Source of the DNA: Vicugna vicugna
Lineage: Eukaryota
Length of the DNA: 64,000 nucleotides
Direction of reading: 5' to 3'
Assembly (NCBI GenBank): GCA_013265495.1
Contig: MU062841.1
Coordinates: 15,123,200 to 15,187,199, forward strand
How positions within the stretch are numbered: the stretch's first letter is position 1; every line of letters begins with the position of its first letter. Positions 10,439 through 22,400 of this stretch are shown here, piece by piece. The position numbers and the translations under genes were made by a program. Below the pieces are notes generated by a model. The model searched no databases. It was not told where the DNA came from and was given only the letters and a program-made list of their open reading frames with translations.

Positions 10439-13400
10439 GTGAGAACTGACTGCCCACCTCTCCAACTGATCATCCAGGGGGTAGATGAAACAAAGTGCAG
10501 ACCTCACCTTTTCCTGGTGTTTTCCCTCCCACCCTTTTGGAAGGTTGAGTGGCTATTCGAAGTTAAAGGAAGGAGAAGAGACACGGAACCAGCATTACTT
10601 GGTGTGTGTATAGGGAGGCTTCCTTGGGAAGGAAGGGGATAGTTAAGCACTACTAGGGATAGAAAGGGAATTAGGAGACAAGAGAGCTTAGATGTGTTTG
10701 GGAGCTGCCTTGGGGAATGATCCTAGGAGAGGCCAGCTCTTACTAGAACCTAGATATGCCTAGGAATCAACCTTGACGTTGAAGTCTTCCACGTGCCTCC
10801 TCCACTGGCAACCAGAGCCCCAGTCATACCGATACTTAAGAAGGCTAAAATTCCCAGTTGTTTTCCTCCATGCCGCCAGGTCAGTGCTAGGCCAGGGATA
10901 TGACCAGATTCGGAAAGAGACTGAGAGACTCCCCAAGGACGAGGTGAAGGGAACAAAGGGATTAGGGCCACAGTTACTCTGTCCTAGGGGACCTTCTTCC
11001 ATTTTTTTGTGGAAATCTGTTTCCCGTCCTATCACCCCACTCTGTTGCATGGGGTAATAGGGACCCAACACAGGGTTGTATCCTTGTTTCTCATCACTAG
11101 GACATCAAAGGCCAGTTCTGGAATGATGATGATTCGGAGGGAGATAATGAATCAGAGGAATTTCTCTATGGAGTTCAGGTGAGACCCCATGTGTATCTAA
11201 GTGTGTGTTTCTCTCTGTGTACATTAGGAGTAAGATTATTTTGAAGCAGAGGTAAAATAAAGATACAATGAGAGTGTGGTCTGAGCATTGTCTTGGCAGA
11301 GCTGATCTCATATCCTCACTCTTACCTGGCGCTCATCCCTTTCCCTTGGTAGAGTACGCCCTCTGTGCATGGAGGTTACCCATGTGTTCTTAGTTGGAAA
11401 TAATTACTTTGTGACTATTCCCTCAGTAGCCAGGGAGGGTCATTTCATTCAATAGGGTCAGATTTTTAAGAGATTATTCTACCAGTGATTGCCTATTGCT
11501 GTCACTGCCCAGGGCATGATCCTGAGTAGGAATGCTGGAGTCTTCAGATAGAATCAGTCTGAGTTAAATTCTGTACTCTTCAGCCTGTTTTGTGTTCTCA
11601 CAGAAGGGATACTTAAGTGTCCTGGTCAAGGTCTGGAGATAGAAGCTGAGACTGAAGGATGTGAACTTAAGCAAAACCTGCAGTTGGCCTACTGAAACTT
11701 CACAGAGCGGTGGTGGAGGGAAAGTTGTCAGTCAGTGAAATTCCCAGCTAGGACCACCAGCAGGAGCCCCTTCACAGAAGCAGCTTTTGCCTGTGTATAT
11801 TGCTATAATTTGATTTCCCTGTTCCTGACGTTCCTTCGTGTTCTATTTTTCATCTGTCTCTTTCCTCTACTCTATCTTTCCCCTCTCCACCATTTTTGCT
11901 GCTCACTCAGGGGAGCTGTGCAGCTGACCTATATCGACACCCACAGCTTGATGCAGACATTGAAGCCGTGAAGGAGATCTACAGTGAGAACTCTGTATCC
12001 ATCAGGTGGGACTCTGCCTCAGGGATGGCAGGGGAGTAGCCGCTCCTTTCTGAGTCGTTAAAAGCTAGAAGTTTTTTCTTTGTTTATGGTGTGGTAGGGG
12101 GTCTGTGAACATTGGTAAGGTAGGAGCTTAATGATGGTGGGAGTTGCTCGGAATACTGAAGGTTGGCTGAAAGGAGTGAGTAAGGAAGCATGGCCACTCT
12201 TCTTAGCAGTTCCCCCATCCTAGACTGTCGTTTAGGCTGATCATTCCACCTTTGAGGTAAGAAGGCTTCTGGCCTGGAAAGGCCCTGATTATGAAAGTGG
12301 CTTGAGGCTGTAGGTAAAACCTAAATACAGAACTCCCCCCCTCCCTTGTCCCATTGTCCCAGGCTCAGTTCTCCCTCTACCTCAGTCTGTTCCCTTCTTT
12401 CTCTCTTAATGAGTCTCACCTGTGGTTGCCTGTGTCTCTAGAGAATATGGAACGATCGACGACGTGGACATCGACCTCCACGTCAACGTCAGCTTCCTCG
12501 ACGTGAGTGGCGCTGGTGCCTGCCGGCAGCGCGTCCGGCTGGGCTTGTGCGTTTTGCCGTGTCAGTCTGGGGTCTTGTTCCTGGGTGCTGTGTTTGGAGC
12601 ACATAGTCTTTATCCCTGTCCTTCCTAGACCATCAGCAGGCAGTGGTGTGTGTTGTGTGCACGTGTGTGTCATATAGGGAAAGACTAAGTCCACTCTTCT
12701 CCGTTGCTAAACTGGAAACTGTTTTCCTGGCGTCTTTAGGAGGAAGTCTCCACAGCCTGGAAGGTCCTCCGGACAGAACCCATTGTGTTGAGGCTGCGAT
12801 TTTCTCTCTCCCAGTACCTCGATGGGCCGGGTAAAGGCGGGGACTTTGGGAAAGTGGGTGCTGTGGGTTTGGTCTAATCCAAAGTCCTGAGTCAGCTGAG
12901 GTAGGGAAGAATAGGAACAAGGCCTCTGGGTGTAGTCCGCCGGCCGCTGGCAGGGCTTCCAGGCCCCTCGTGTTGGCGTCTTTACTCTCTGCCCCTTGGT
13001 CGTCACCCCATAAAGCCTTCTTGTTAATGAACTTGTTTTCTCCAGTTCCCAGATGTTGTTTATTCCTCCCCTTCCCGTCAACTTCCTTGCACAGGTTGAG
13101 GGTATTTGAAGTGTCAGGCGGTGTCAGAAGAACCTCTGCCTCGGAGGTTCTTCTCCCTCGTTGCTGTTCAGAGCACCGTTAGAGTAGGAGGAAGCCAATC
13201 CACGGAGCCGGGCCTTTGGACTCCCAGGAGGAGAGACAGCTGTGTCGACGAGGACTTTTCTCTTCTCTTTGCAGAACCGTCAATTGAGGTTTTCCAGCCA
13301 TCGAATAAGGAAGGCTTTGGGCTGGGTCTTCAGCTGAAAAAGTAAGAACTTTGGTCTTTCTGGTTTGAACATTTGAGGGAAAGAGAGATGGACATGTGGA

Positions 13401-16400
13401 TGGACAGGCAGACTCTTGAATGGAAGATTTTCCTCCAAAAATGTGTTTCTGAGATATGCCCAAGAAAGACTAAAATAAGTAAATTTGGGGAGCCGAATTT
13501 ATGGTTACATGGAGGAGCCTGTGGTGCTGGGGTGTCTGGCCTTGAGACTTCCTGGAGGGGAGAGGAGAGGCTCGTCAGTACTGAGCGTGCAGGGAAAAGC
13601 GCAGCCCCGGAATTGGTCCTGCTTGTCACATTTTCTCCGTGGTTTCCTCGGATGGGGCTCCGGGAGCTCAGAGAGTGGTAGTTTATTTAATGTGTTGAGC
13701 ACCTTGCCAAGTGTTTGGTATACAAAGATAAGTGAATTTTAGATTCTGCCTTTAGTCAAGTTCCAGATAGAGTCTGATGGATACATGTTCTAATACAAGC
13801 GAATGTGTAAGGGACAGAAACAACAGAGGAAGCTGTAACTCAGTCTGGTGGCAGGCGGATGAATGAAAGATGAAAGGGAGATGATGAATGGTTTTCAAGG
13901 ACAGATGAGAGTTGCCCACGTAGACGGACATTGAGAGTGTGTAACATGTGCAAGGGCACAGTCATGTGAAGCGGCACGTGGGTAGGAAGCTTCAAATTAG
14001 GAACTAAAGCTAAAGCCAGTAGAAGAGGATCTTGGGTATTAATTTTGTAGGCAGTGGGAGCATTGAAGGGTTCTAGCCAGAGAAAGGACATGGTCAGATT
14101 TAGTTTTGAAAAAACCATTCTGGTAGCATTGTGCAAAATAAGAAGGATGAGACAGGAGACCAGAACTGTTCTAGTAGGAGGCATTTGTAGAAGTCCATAC
14201 ATGAGATGATGAAGGCCTGAACCAAAGTATGACTATAGGTAAGAACAGAGATGAGAGATAGACTAGAGAGATTGGCAGGGTATAGAATCAGTGAAGACTG
14301 ACATGTTATATATGATAAGAGCCAAGGAATAGTGGACTGTTACTTGTAGCTTTCCAGCCTAGTGGTAAATTGTAATACCACTAATTTTGATGGGGATTTA
14401 AGAAGAGGAGCCAATTTGTGAGAAGAGGATAGAAAATTAGTTCCATTTTAAACCTGTTGTTTAAAGGTAACTTTAGGATACTTAAGTAGAGATTTTTCAA
14501 TAGTGAGTTAGCTATATAGATTTGCTCCTTATGGGAGAGATTCATGTTGAAGATATGTATCAATGAATGGGTCAGAATTGCAACCTGTGTAGAATATGAG
14601 ATTGCTGAGAGAGAGCATGATGAATGAGAAGAAAATAGAATCAAGGGCAAAATACCCTTTAACACTCAGCAAAATACCAAGAGGAGGCAGAAGAAACACT
14701 GAAGGTAGGTTGGTCAGAGAAGCGGGAGCCCAATGGGACGAGAACAGTGTCCCTGAAGGCATGGAGGAGTGTGTCTGCGAGGAGGGCCAGATGCCAGAGA
14801 GGACAAGTAAGAGAAACTTAGGAGTTTCTGTTGGGTTTAGCATCAAGGTGAGAGCAGTTGTAGTGGAGTGGTGAAGGTAGAAACCAGAACACAGTAAGCT
14901 GAGGAGTGAGTGAGTGGCAGCAGAATAGAAACAGTAAGTATGGACTGAGAAATCTGGATGAGGCTGGGAGGGAAAAGGGAGAGTCGCTAGGCTGAGGTGC
15001 AGAAATTGGAAACTTTTTGTAGACTTTGGTAAACAAAACTGACAGGAGGGGGAATGAGTGACAAATCAAGTTCCCTGAAGAGGAGCTGAGATCTAGAGTA
15101 CAAATAGAGCAATTGGTCCTTAGCAGGATAGTCACCTTGTCTCCCAAGAGTGGCGGGATCATGATGAGGGTGGAAGTGGAGATAGATTTTGTAGTGGTGC
15201 TGGAAAACTAGGGAAGCTGGTATCTGATGGCTTCAGTTTTCTCCCTTGAGAAGAAAGAGCTTATTGGTTATAGATGAAGTTAAGAGCTTAAAGAAGGTGA
15301 TAAGGATTTAGAATAATAGTGTAGAGCTATGCGAGAGAGAGCTGATCAAGGACAAGTGAAGGATTGACAAGGTAGCTGAGGGCCCAGCTTATGGGGATAT
15401 GGTTTTTGGACTCACAATGGCAGTACTCCTCATGTCCCTTGGCCTTTTCTTCACTGTTTGCAAGGCAGTGGGTGGGACTCATCTCCATTCCTCCACTTTT
15501 GTTCCGCTCTCAGTATGGTTTCTCTTGGCAATAAATTGGCAGGTTCACAGCCTTTGAAGACTCACCTTTGAGATCTCCCTCTAAATGCAAAGCATCTCAG
15601 AATTTTTCTGGTCCATTAGGCTCGGTAAGGGAGTGAGTTTTTACCCACTAAGGTAAAGAGGTACTTTAGGAGAGTACATTTCCACATGCTAAGATGTATC
15701 AGGCGGGTCTTCAGACACACAGTCCCCTACAATAACTAGCTTTACAGTCCCTGGGTCTGAATTTTAGATTCATTGCCTTCCATAGTCCTATTTCTTGACC
15801 TATTCCCTTACCTAGGCTTCCCTAATTCTATTCCTCTTTGATTCTTTAGGATCCTGGGTATGTTTACATCCCAACAATGGAAACATCTCAGTAACGATTT
15901 CTTAAAGACCCAGCAGGAGAAGAGGCACAGCTGGTTCAAGGCAAGTGGTACCATCAAGAAGTTCCGAGCTGGCCTCAGCATCTTCTCACCCATCCCCAAG
16001 TAAGTTCCTCCCTGAGCTGGTTGTCTCTGATCACCTTAACCTTGTCTAAGCACCCAGCCCACCTTCTTGATTGTGTAAACTTATCTAATCTATCCTCTTC
16101 CTAGGTTCTCTGAACTCTGTACTTTTAACTACCAACACCACCCACATGGTCCTGTCCCCTTTGTGTCTTTACCCTTCTCCTCGTTACTCAGTAGTCATAC
16201 CTCGTCCTTTATGTAAAACACAGTACCTAGCTCATGGTATGTATTCGCAGAAATGTTTGCTAATCTTCCCATCTTTCCTTTCTTTGACCCTCATCCTTAT
16301 TCTCTGTCCTAAGGAGGCAGAGTCAGAGCTAACAGGCAGCAACTCCTAGCTCTTACAGAGGGGCACATTGATTTATTATCTAGGTTCTGGAAATAAATAT

Positions 16401-19400
16401 TGCTCCATCCTTTGACCCCAGGCCTCCATTTTTCCCCCTGGTGCCTTCTCATATTCCTAAAGGCAAATACAAATGCATATTTGTAGTTTTCCAGGCACCA
16501 TTATTGACTGATAGTCAGACATTAGGCTTTTTGGAGTATAACTACTTCTTCCCTAGTAGTTTACACACACACACATAAGCATGTGTACGTACGTACGTAC
16601 GTATACACACACACACACACACTCTCCAAGGTATCATTCCTTACCTGGCCTTGATGCTGTAGAGAGTGGCCTTGGCTTTGCCTCTGCCTGCTCTCTGTGT
16701 TCCGATTGGAAGAACACACAGATAATGACATAAAAGTCAATTCAGTGTGGTGGTGTACTTGTTTTGACAGTTTGATCCAGTGGAACTTTCCTCAGTTAGC
16801 AGTTGCTCTTTGGCTTAGGTCGCTTCACCCGTTCTTACCTCTCGGCCTCTCCGAGGGCTCATACTGAATCCCCAGTTCCATCACTCTTTTTGCTCTCTCT
16901 TCAGATCTCCCAGTTTCCCTGTCATACAGGACTCCATGCTGAAGGGCAAACTGGGTGTGCCAGAACTTCGAGTTGGACGCCTCATGAATCGTTCCATCTC
17001 CTGCACCATGAAGAACCCCNNNNNNNNNNNNNNNNNNNNNNNNNNNNNNNNNNNNNNNNNNNNNNNNNNNNNNNNNNNNNNNNNNNNNNNNNNNNNNNNN
17101 NNNNNNNNNNNNNNNNNNNNNNNNNNNNNNNNNNNNNNNNNNNNNNNNNNNAGGGTGGGAGGGGAAATGTGGAAATATAACTTCTCAAAATGGGGTTAGG
17201 AATCTGGTTGTCCAGGTGTCATAAGTCAAACCTTGGCATGAATCATGAGTGAGTAGAATGGAACACATTTTTTAATAGTTGTGAACTTCTATCTGAACAG
17301 TCTGGCAAGCTTCTTTGATAGTAGGCCATGAGGAGAGAGTCTGGTTCTGGGCATCCTAGGGAGGTGTCATGTATGATTTTATTAATTTGTGGTTGGGACT
17401 TGGTAGTCAGCCAAGCTCTGCATGCCTGTTCTATCTATGTTGAAGAGGGTTAAGGACAGGTGAGCCTTTTTCAAGAGCCTTTGGCATAAATGTCTGAAAG
17501 TCTTCTCTGTAGCTTGGGGATCACTTAGACTGATAGAGCTAGGGCTTATCTGCTTCAGAAGAATTACAGGTAGTGGATGTGAGCAAGGTTTTTCTATGCA
17601 CCAGCATCACAGGAGGCTCATGGGGTCTTGTCGTTTTACTCTCATCAGGTCAGTGGTCACTGCAAGAACATCCCCACTCTGGAATATGGATTCCTCGTCC
17701 AGGTAATCAAGTCCAAAGCTTCATTCCAAAGCCTTTCCCCCATTTTCTAACCCATCTGATCCCCTAACATCTCCCAGCTCCTCAGCAGGCATTTCCCGAA
17801 TTGCTCTGCCCCCAGAACTATACTAAGTGTTGTGTAGACAGAAGTAGAGGCATGGTTCCCATCCTCAAGAAGCTTAGAGCATTGCTGGGAAGACAACACT
17901 TACACAGACCACGGAAGATCAAGTGCCAAATGAGGCACTGCCAATTTTAAGTGCAAAAACGCACTTGAAGATGAGAGAAGGATCGATGCTGATGTTCTTA
18001 TGATCCCCCACATCCTGGCACAAACTTTTACTGCTCAGCCACTATTAGTTACTTGCTTCTTTTTGAAACTCCTTTTTTCTCTGGACATGATTTCACTTTT
18101 GCATCTCCAGCACCTTTGTTCATATCATTCCCCACACTGACCTTCCTCCCTGTATCTGCCTCTTGCAGTCAAGTCTCAGGTGCCACCTTTTCCCTTAAAC
18201 TCTTCTCTGTTTCTCAGAATGTATTAGCTGGAAGCGTGTCTCCTCTCAGTGAACTCTTAAGATGCTTATTGTTTTCTATGGCACTGATGTGTTGTGTACC
18301 ATACGCTGCCTTGAGTTGTAATTAATTTGTGAACATTCCGCATCTCCCTTTTTGGACTGTAGGATCTGAGAAGACAGTCTTTTATATTATTGAATAATAA
18401 AGGAGACCGTTCACTGAGCTAGGTACACAGTAGGCATTTAGTAAATCTGCGTTAAGTGAATGAATAAAAGTCCTTGCACATCTATTTACCATCCCTAAAG
18501 TTTGTGAAATGGGAATAACTTGGTTTATACACAAAGTTTAATAGTGGGAAAAGCCTGTTACGACAGTATGTGCAAGAAAACACTTGAGAGTATTGCTTCG
18601 TGAGCTCTGGATTGATGCTGTTTTCCCAGCACAGAGTTGTCTCTGTGGTGCTGGTCAGTTTACAGGCTGATTGCTCTAGGTGCTTAGAATGGCTTCTCAG
18701 GCTTCCCCGCCGTCTTATCATGGACCGAATACTCACTTGTAACGTACAAGTGAAGAAGCCGCAGGAAGACTGACTTGCCCAAGTTTGTGTACGGGTTAGG
18801 TAGTGGGAGAGGGGTCTTCACCCAGGTCTTCTACCACGGCTGGTCTTAGTTTTACTATAGTATATAGTTTTAGCTCTGGAGTCAGACCATTCGTTTAACT
18901 AAGCGCAGGACCCAAGAATAGATTCTGCCTTAGGCGCGGGCCTGGGAGGTAGGAGAGTAACTGGAAAAGGAATTCAAATTTTATTTCTCGTATCTGTCTC
19001 TGTACTTCCAAAAAATTGAATAGAATCTTTTCTCTCCAGATCATGAAATACGCAGAGCAGAGGATTCCAACATTGAATGAGTACTGTGTGGTGTGTGATG
19101 AGCAGCATGTCTTCCAGAATGGGTCCATGCTCAAGGTATATTCTTCTATTTTGTGACCCCCTTCCTTGCACCCATAGCTAAGGCCCCTTCACTCGTCATC
19201 TCTCCAAGTTTCCTTTCTTCCTGGGTCTATGGTAAGGGTAGAATTTTGTCTGTACTCCTTGAGACTCTAAGAATAATTGTTTTTCTCAGAAAACAAATCT
19301 CAGCAGTTCTCTTGGAAAGATGAGGACGTGTGAATATCATTCTAGAGTGGTCTGAGGTCAGCAGTGGCCCTCTCTCCCTACAATACCTTCCCAGTGCATA

Positions 19401-22400
19401 CCTCCTGCCCCCACCAACTCTTTAACGTGTCCTCTCAGCCAGCCGTCTGCACTCGTGAACTGTGCGTTTTCTCCTTCTACACACTGGGAGTCATGTCTGG
19501 AGCCGCAGAGGAGGTGGCCACTGGCGCAGAGGTACGAGGGAGAGAAAAGCTGCTGGGGAATCGGGAGCAGGAAAGGCCAGGGAGCCCAGCAGTTTCACTG
19601 CTTGGAATTTAATCTTCAGAAATGCTTTCCTGTGTAAGGATGTTCACTGTAGTATTGTTTATAATAGTTCTTTAAAAAAAAAAAAAGGGATAGAAGCTTA
19701 TCTTACAGGGTCCAGTTACAGAAATCACGGTATGTCCTTAAAGTGGAAATACCATATAGCTGTTATTTATGGATATAAAATTATAACATATATAAAAGAG
19801 AAAAAAACAGTATCTATAGTATAGTTCTTTTTTTAACTGCTTATGTAATAAAATAAGTATTTCTATAGGGAGAATATCTGTAAGAATATACATCAAACTT
19901 AGCAGTAGTTACCTGTGAGGAAGTAGATTTGGGGACAAGGGGATGATTCTTACCCTTTTTTAATCACTCTTTTAAACATTGTTCTTGCATTTTTATAATG
20001 AGCTTATATTTTCTAATGAGAAAACCATAAACATACTTGCTTTTAAAAAGAGAAATGCTGAGAGCCTCCAGAAAGTAGACCTGTGCTGGATTTTGTGTGA
20101 CTCCCAGCGCTGGGAAATCATTTAGCTTCTGCTCCCTTTCTCTCTTTTCCCCTAAGGTGGTGGATCTGCTGGTGGCCATGTGTAGGGCAGCTTTGGAGTC
20201 CCCGAGAAAGAGCATCATCTTTGAGCCTTATCCCTCTGTGGTGGACCCCACTGATCCCAAGACTCTGGCCTTTAACCCTAAGGTATAGTTGCTTGGCAAG
20301 AAAATCAGGGCTAAGGAACAGAAATGGTAAAAGATAGTGGGAGACTATTTGCTGTTATCCAGGTGTACACAACAGCTTGGAATAAGGGGACAGGGAAAAT
20401 GGACCTGTTGAACCCTAAGCTTTAGCTGTTTTAGTAAATAAATAATTAAACATAGCAATAATATCCCATAAGTAATAACTTCTGAGTTTGTCAGAAGGGG
20501 AGAAGGGTTGATATTAGTTACGCCATGACAGGGAGGGATATAGGCCCTGGAGCCAGACAGACCTTGGATCCATTTGTGGTTCTTCCGCTCCTGGCTGAAT
20601 GGTGTTAGGCAAGTCACTCAGCCTTTCTGAACCTTAAATTTCTTATCTATAAAAAGGGGATAATACCTATTGTTATGAAAGTGAGAGATAATATATATAA
20701 AATACTTTACTGGTTAGGGTTCTCCAGAGAAACAACCAATAGAAGATACATGGAGAAAGAAATTTATTGTAAGGAATTGGCTCGTGTGATTCTGAGGGCT
20801 GAGAAGTACTGTGATTTGTAGTGGACAAGCTAGAGATTCAGGAGAGCTGATGGTATAAGTTCCAGTTCAAAAGCCAGCAGGCTCAAGATTCAAGAAGAGC
20901 TGGTTTTTCATTTCTAGTCTGAATGAAAGCAGGAAAAGACCAACGTCCCAGTTCCAGGCAGTCAGGCAGGAGGAATTCTCTCTTACTCAGTGTTTTCTGT
21001 TTAGGCCTTCAGCTGATTAGATGAGGCCCACCTGAGCAGAGGGAGCAATCTACTTTACTCAGTCTACCATTCAAACTTTTATCTCATCTAGAAACACTTT
21101 CACAGACACACCCAGAATAATGTTTGGGCACTTCATGGCCCAGATTGAAACAACTAACAATTGACAAAATTAACCATCACAGGTTCCCAGCACAGTGCTT
21201 CACTGTTACTTTCTCTGCTGTGTACCAGGCGCTATACCAGGTCCTTTTTGTTTTAATCTTTTTCTGGGGGGAGAGGTAATTAGGTTGGTTGGTTGGTTGG
21301 TTTATGTATGTATTTAATGGAGGTACTGGGGGTTGAACCAGGACCTCCGTGCATGCCAGGCACACGCTCTACCCCTGAGCTATGCCCTCCTGTCAGGTTA
21401 TTTCCTCTTCAGGACATCTCTATGAGGGTGGTAGGAATTTCTGTCTTCACTTACATGCAGGGATACTGAGGTTCTAAGAGGTTAAGTAACTGTACTGTTT
21501 CTCTCACCTGGTAAAAAGGAGAACTACCATGTGATTAGAATTTTCTGACATAAAATGTATGTTTTTTCCATGACATACTACCCCATTTCCTTGGGGCCTA
21601 GACTTCTTTTGTACGTCTGGCCTTGCTTTTCATCACATTTTAATCTCCTCCACTTTTCTTCATCTGGCTCTTCTCTCCCATTGATTCCCCACAGAAGAAG
21701 AATTATGAGCGACTTCAGAAAGCTCTGGATAGTGTGATGTCCATCCGGGAGATGACCCAGGTATTCTGCCCTCTGTCCGTCCCCTGCCCTCTGCCTGCCT
21801 GCTCAAGTGCCCTCTTCTGCTTGGGATTCATGGGAGTGGAGTGAAGATTTAGAGATGCTACTCAGATTTCTCACTGTATTTTCTTGGTCTTTCCAATCTT
21901 GTTCTCTGTTGTGTTAGCTCTGTTACTCTTCTTTTTGACTCCTTATGTCTCTCTTGGCCTTTACCTTTGCTGCAGACTCCTTCACAAATTGTTCATAATT
22001 TAATGTTTTTTCCATAATTCTTAGGGCATTAGAGAAGTGAGGGAAGGACCTCTGCCCAGGGTTGGGGGGTGAGGAGGGGGCTTGGAGGTAAGGAACTAGA
22101 CCCAGGGGCCTGCATCTTCTGTCCTTCCAGGGGTGGGGCAGNNNNNNNNNNNNNNNNNNNNNNNNNNNNNNNNNNNNNNNNNNNNNNNNNNNNNNNNNNN
22201 NNNNNNNNNNNNNNNNNNNNNNNNNNNNNNNNNNNNNNNNNNNNNNNNNNNNNNNNNNNNNNNNNNNNNNNNNNNNNNNNNNNCGCAGTTCAGATTAACA
22301 CATAAGATACACCTAGGAGGGATGATTTACTTGTCAGAAAGACTCTCTGCTTTATGTGAAGTTTTACCACAGGATTCATTAGCNNNNNNNNNNNNNNNNN

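Noticed and set aside
15620-15624. Possible 5-nt microexon (cattag|GCTCG|gtaagg) in PARP6
   Set aside because: Poor pyrimidine tract, frameshifting, and such short AG...GT patterns are frequent by chance.
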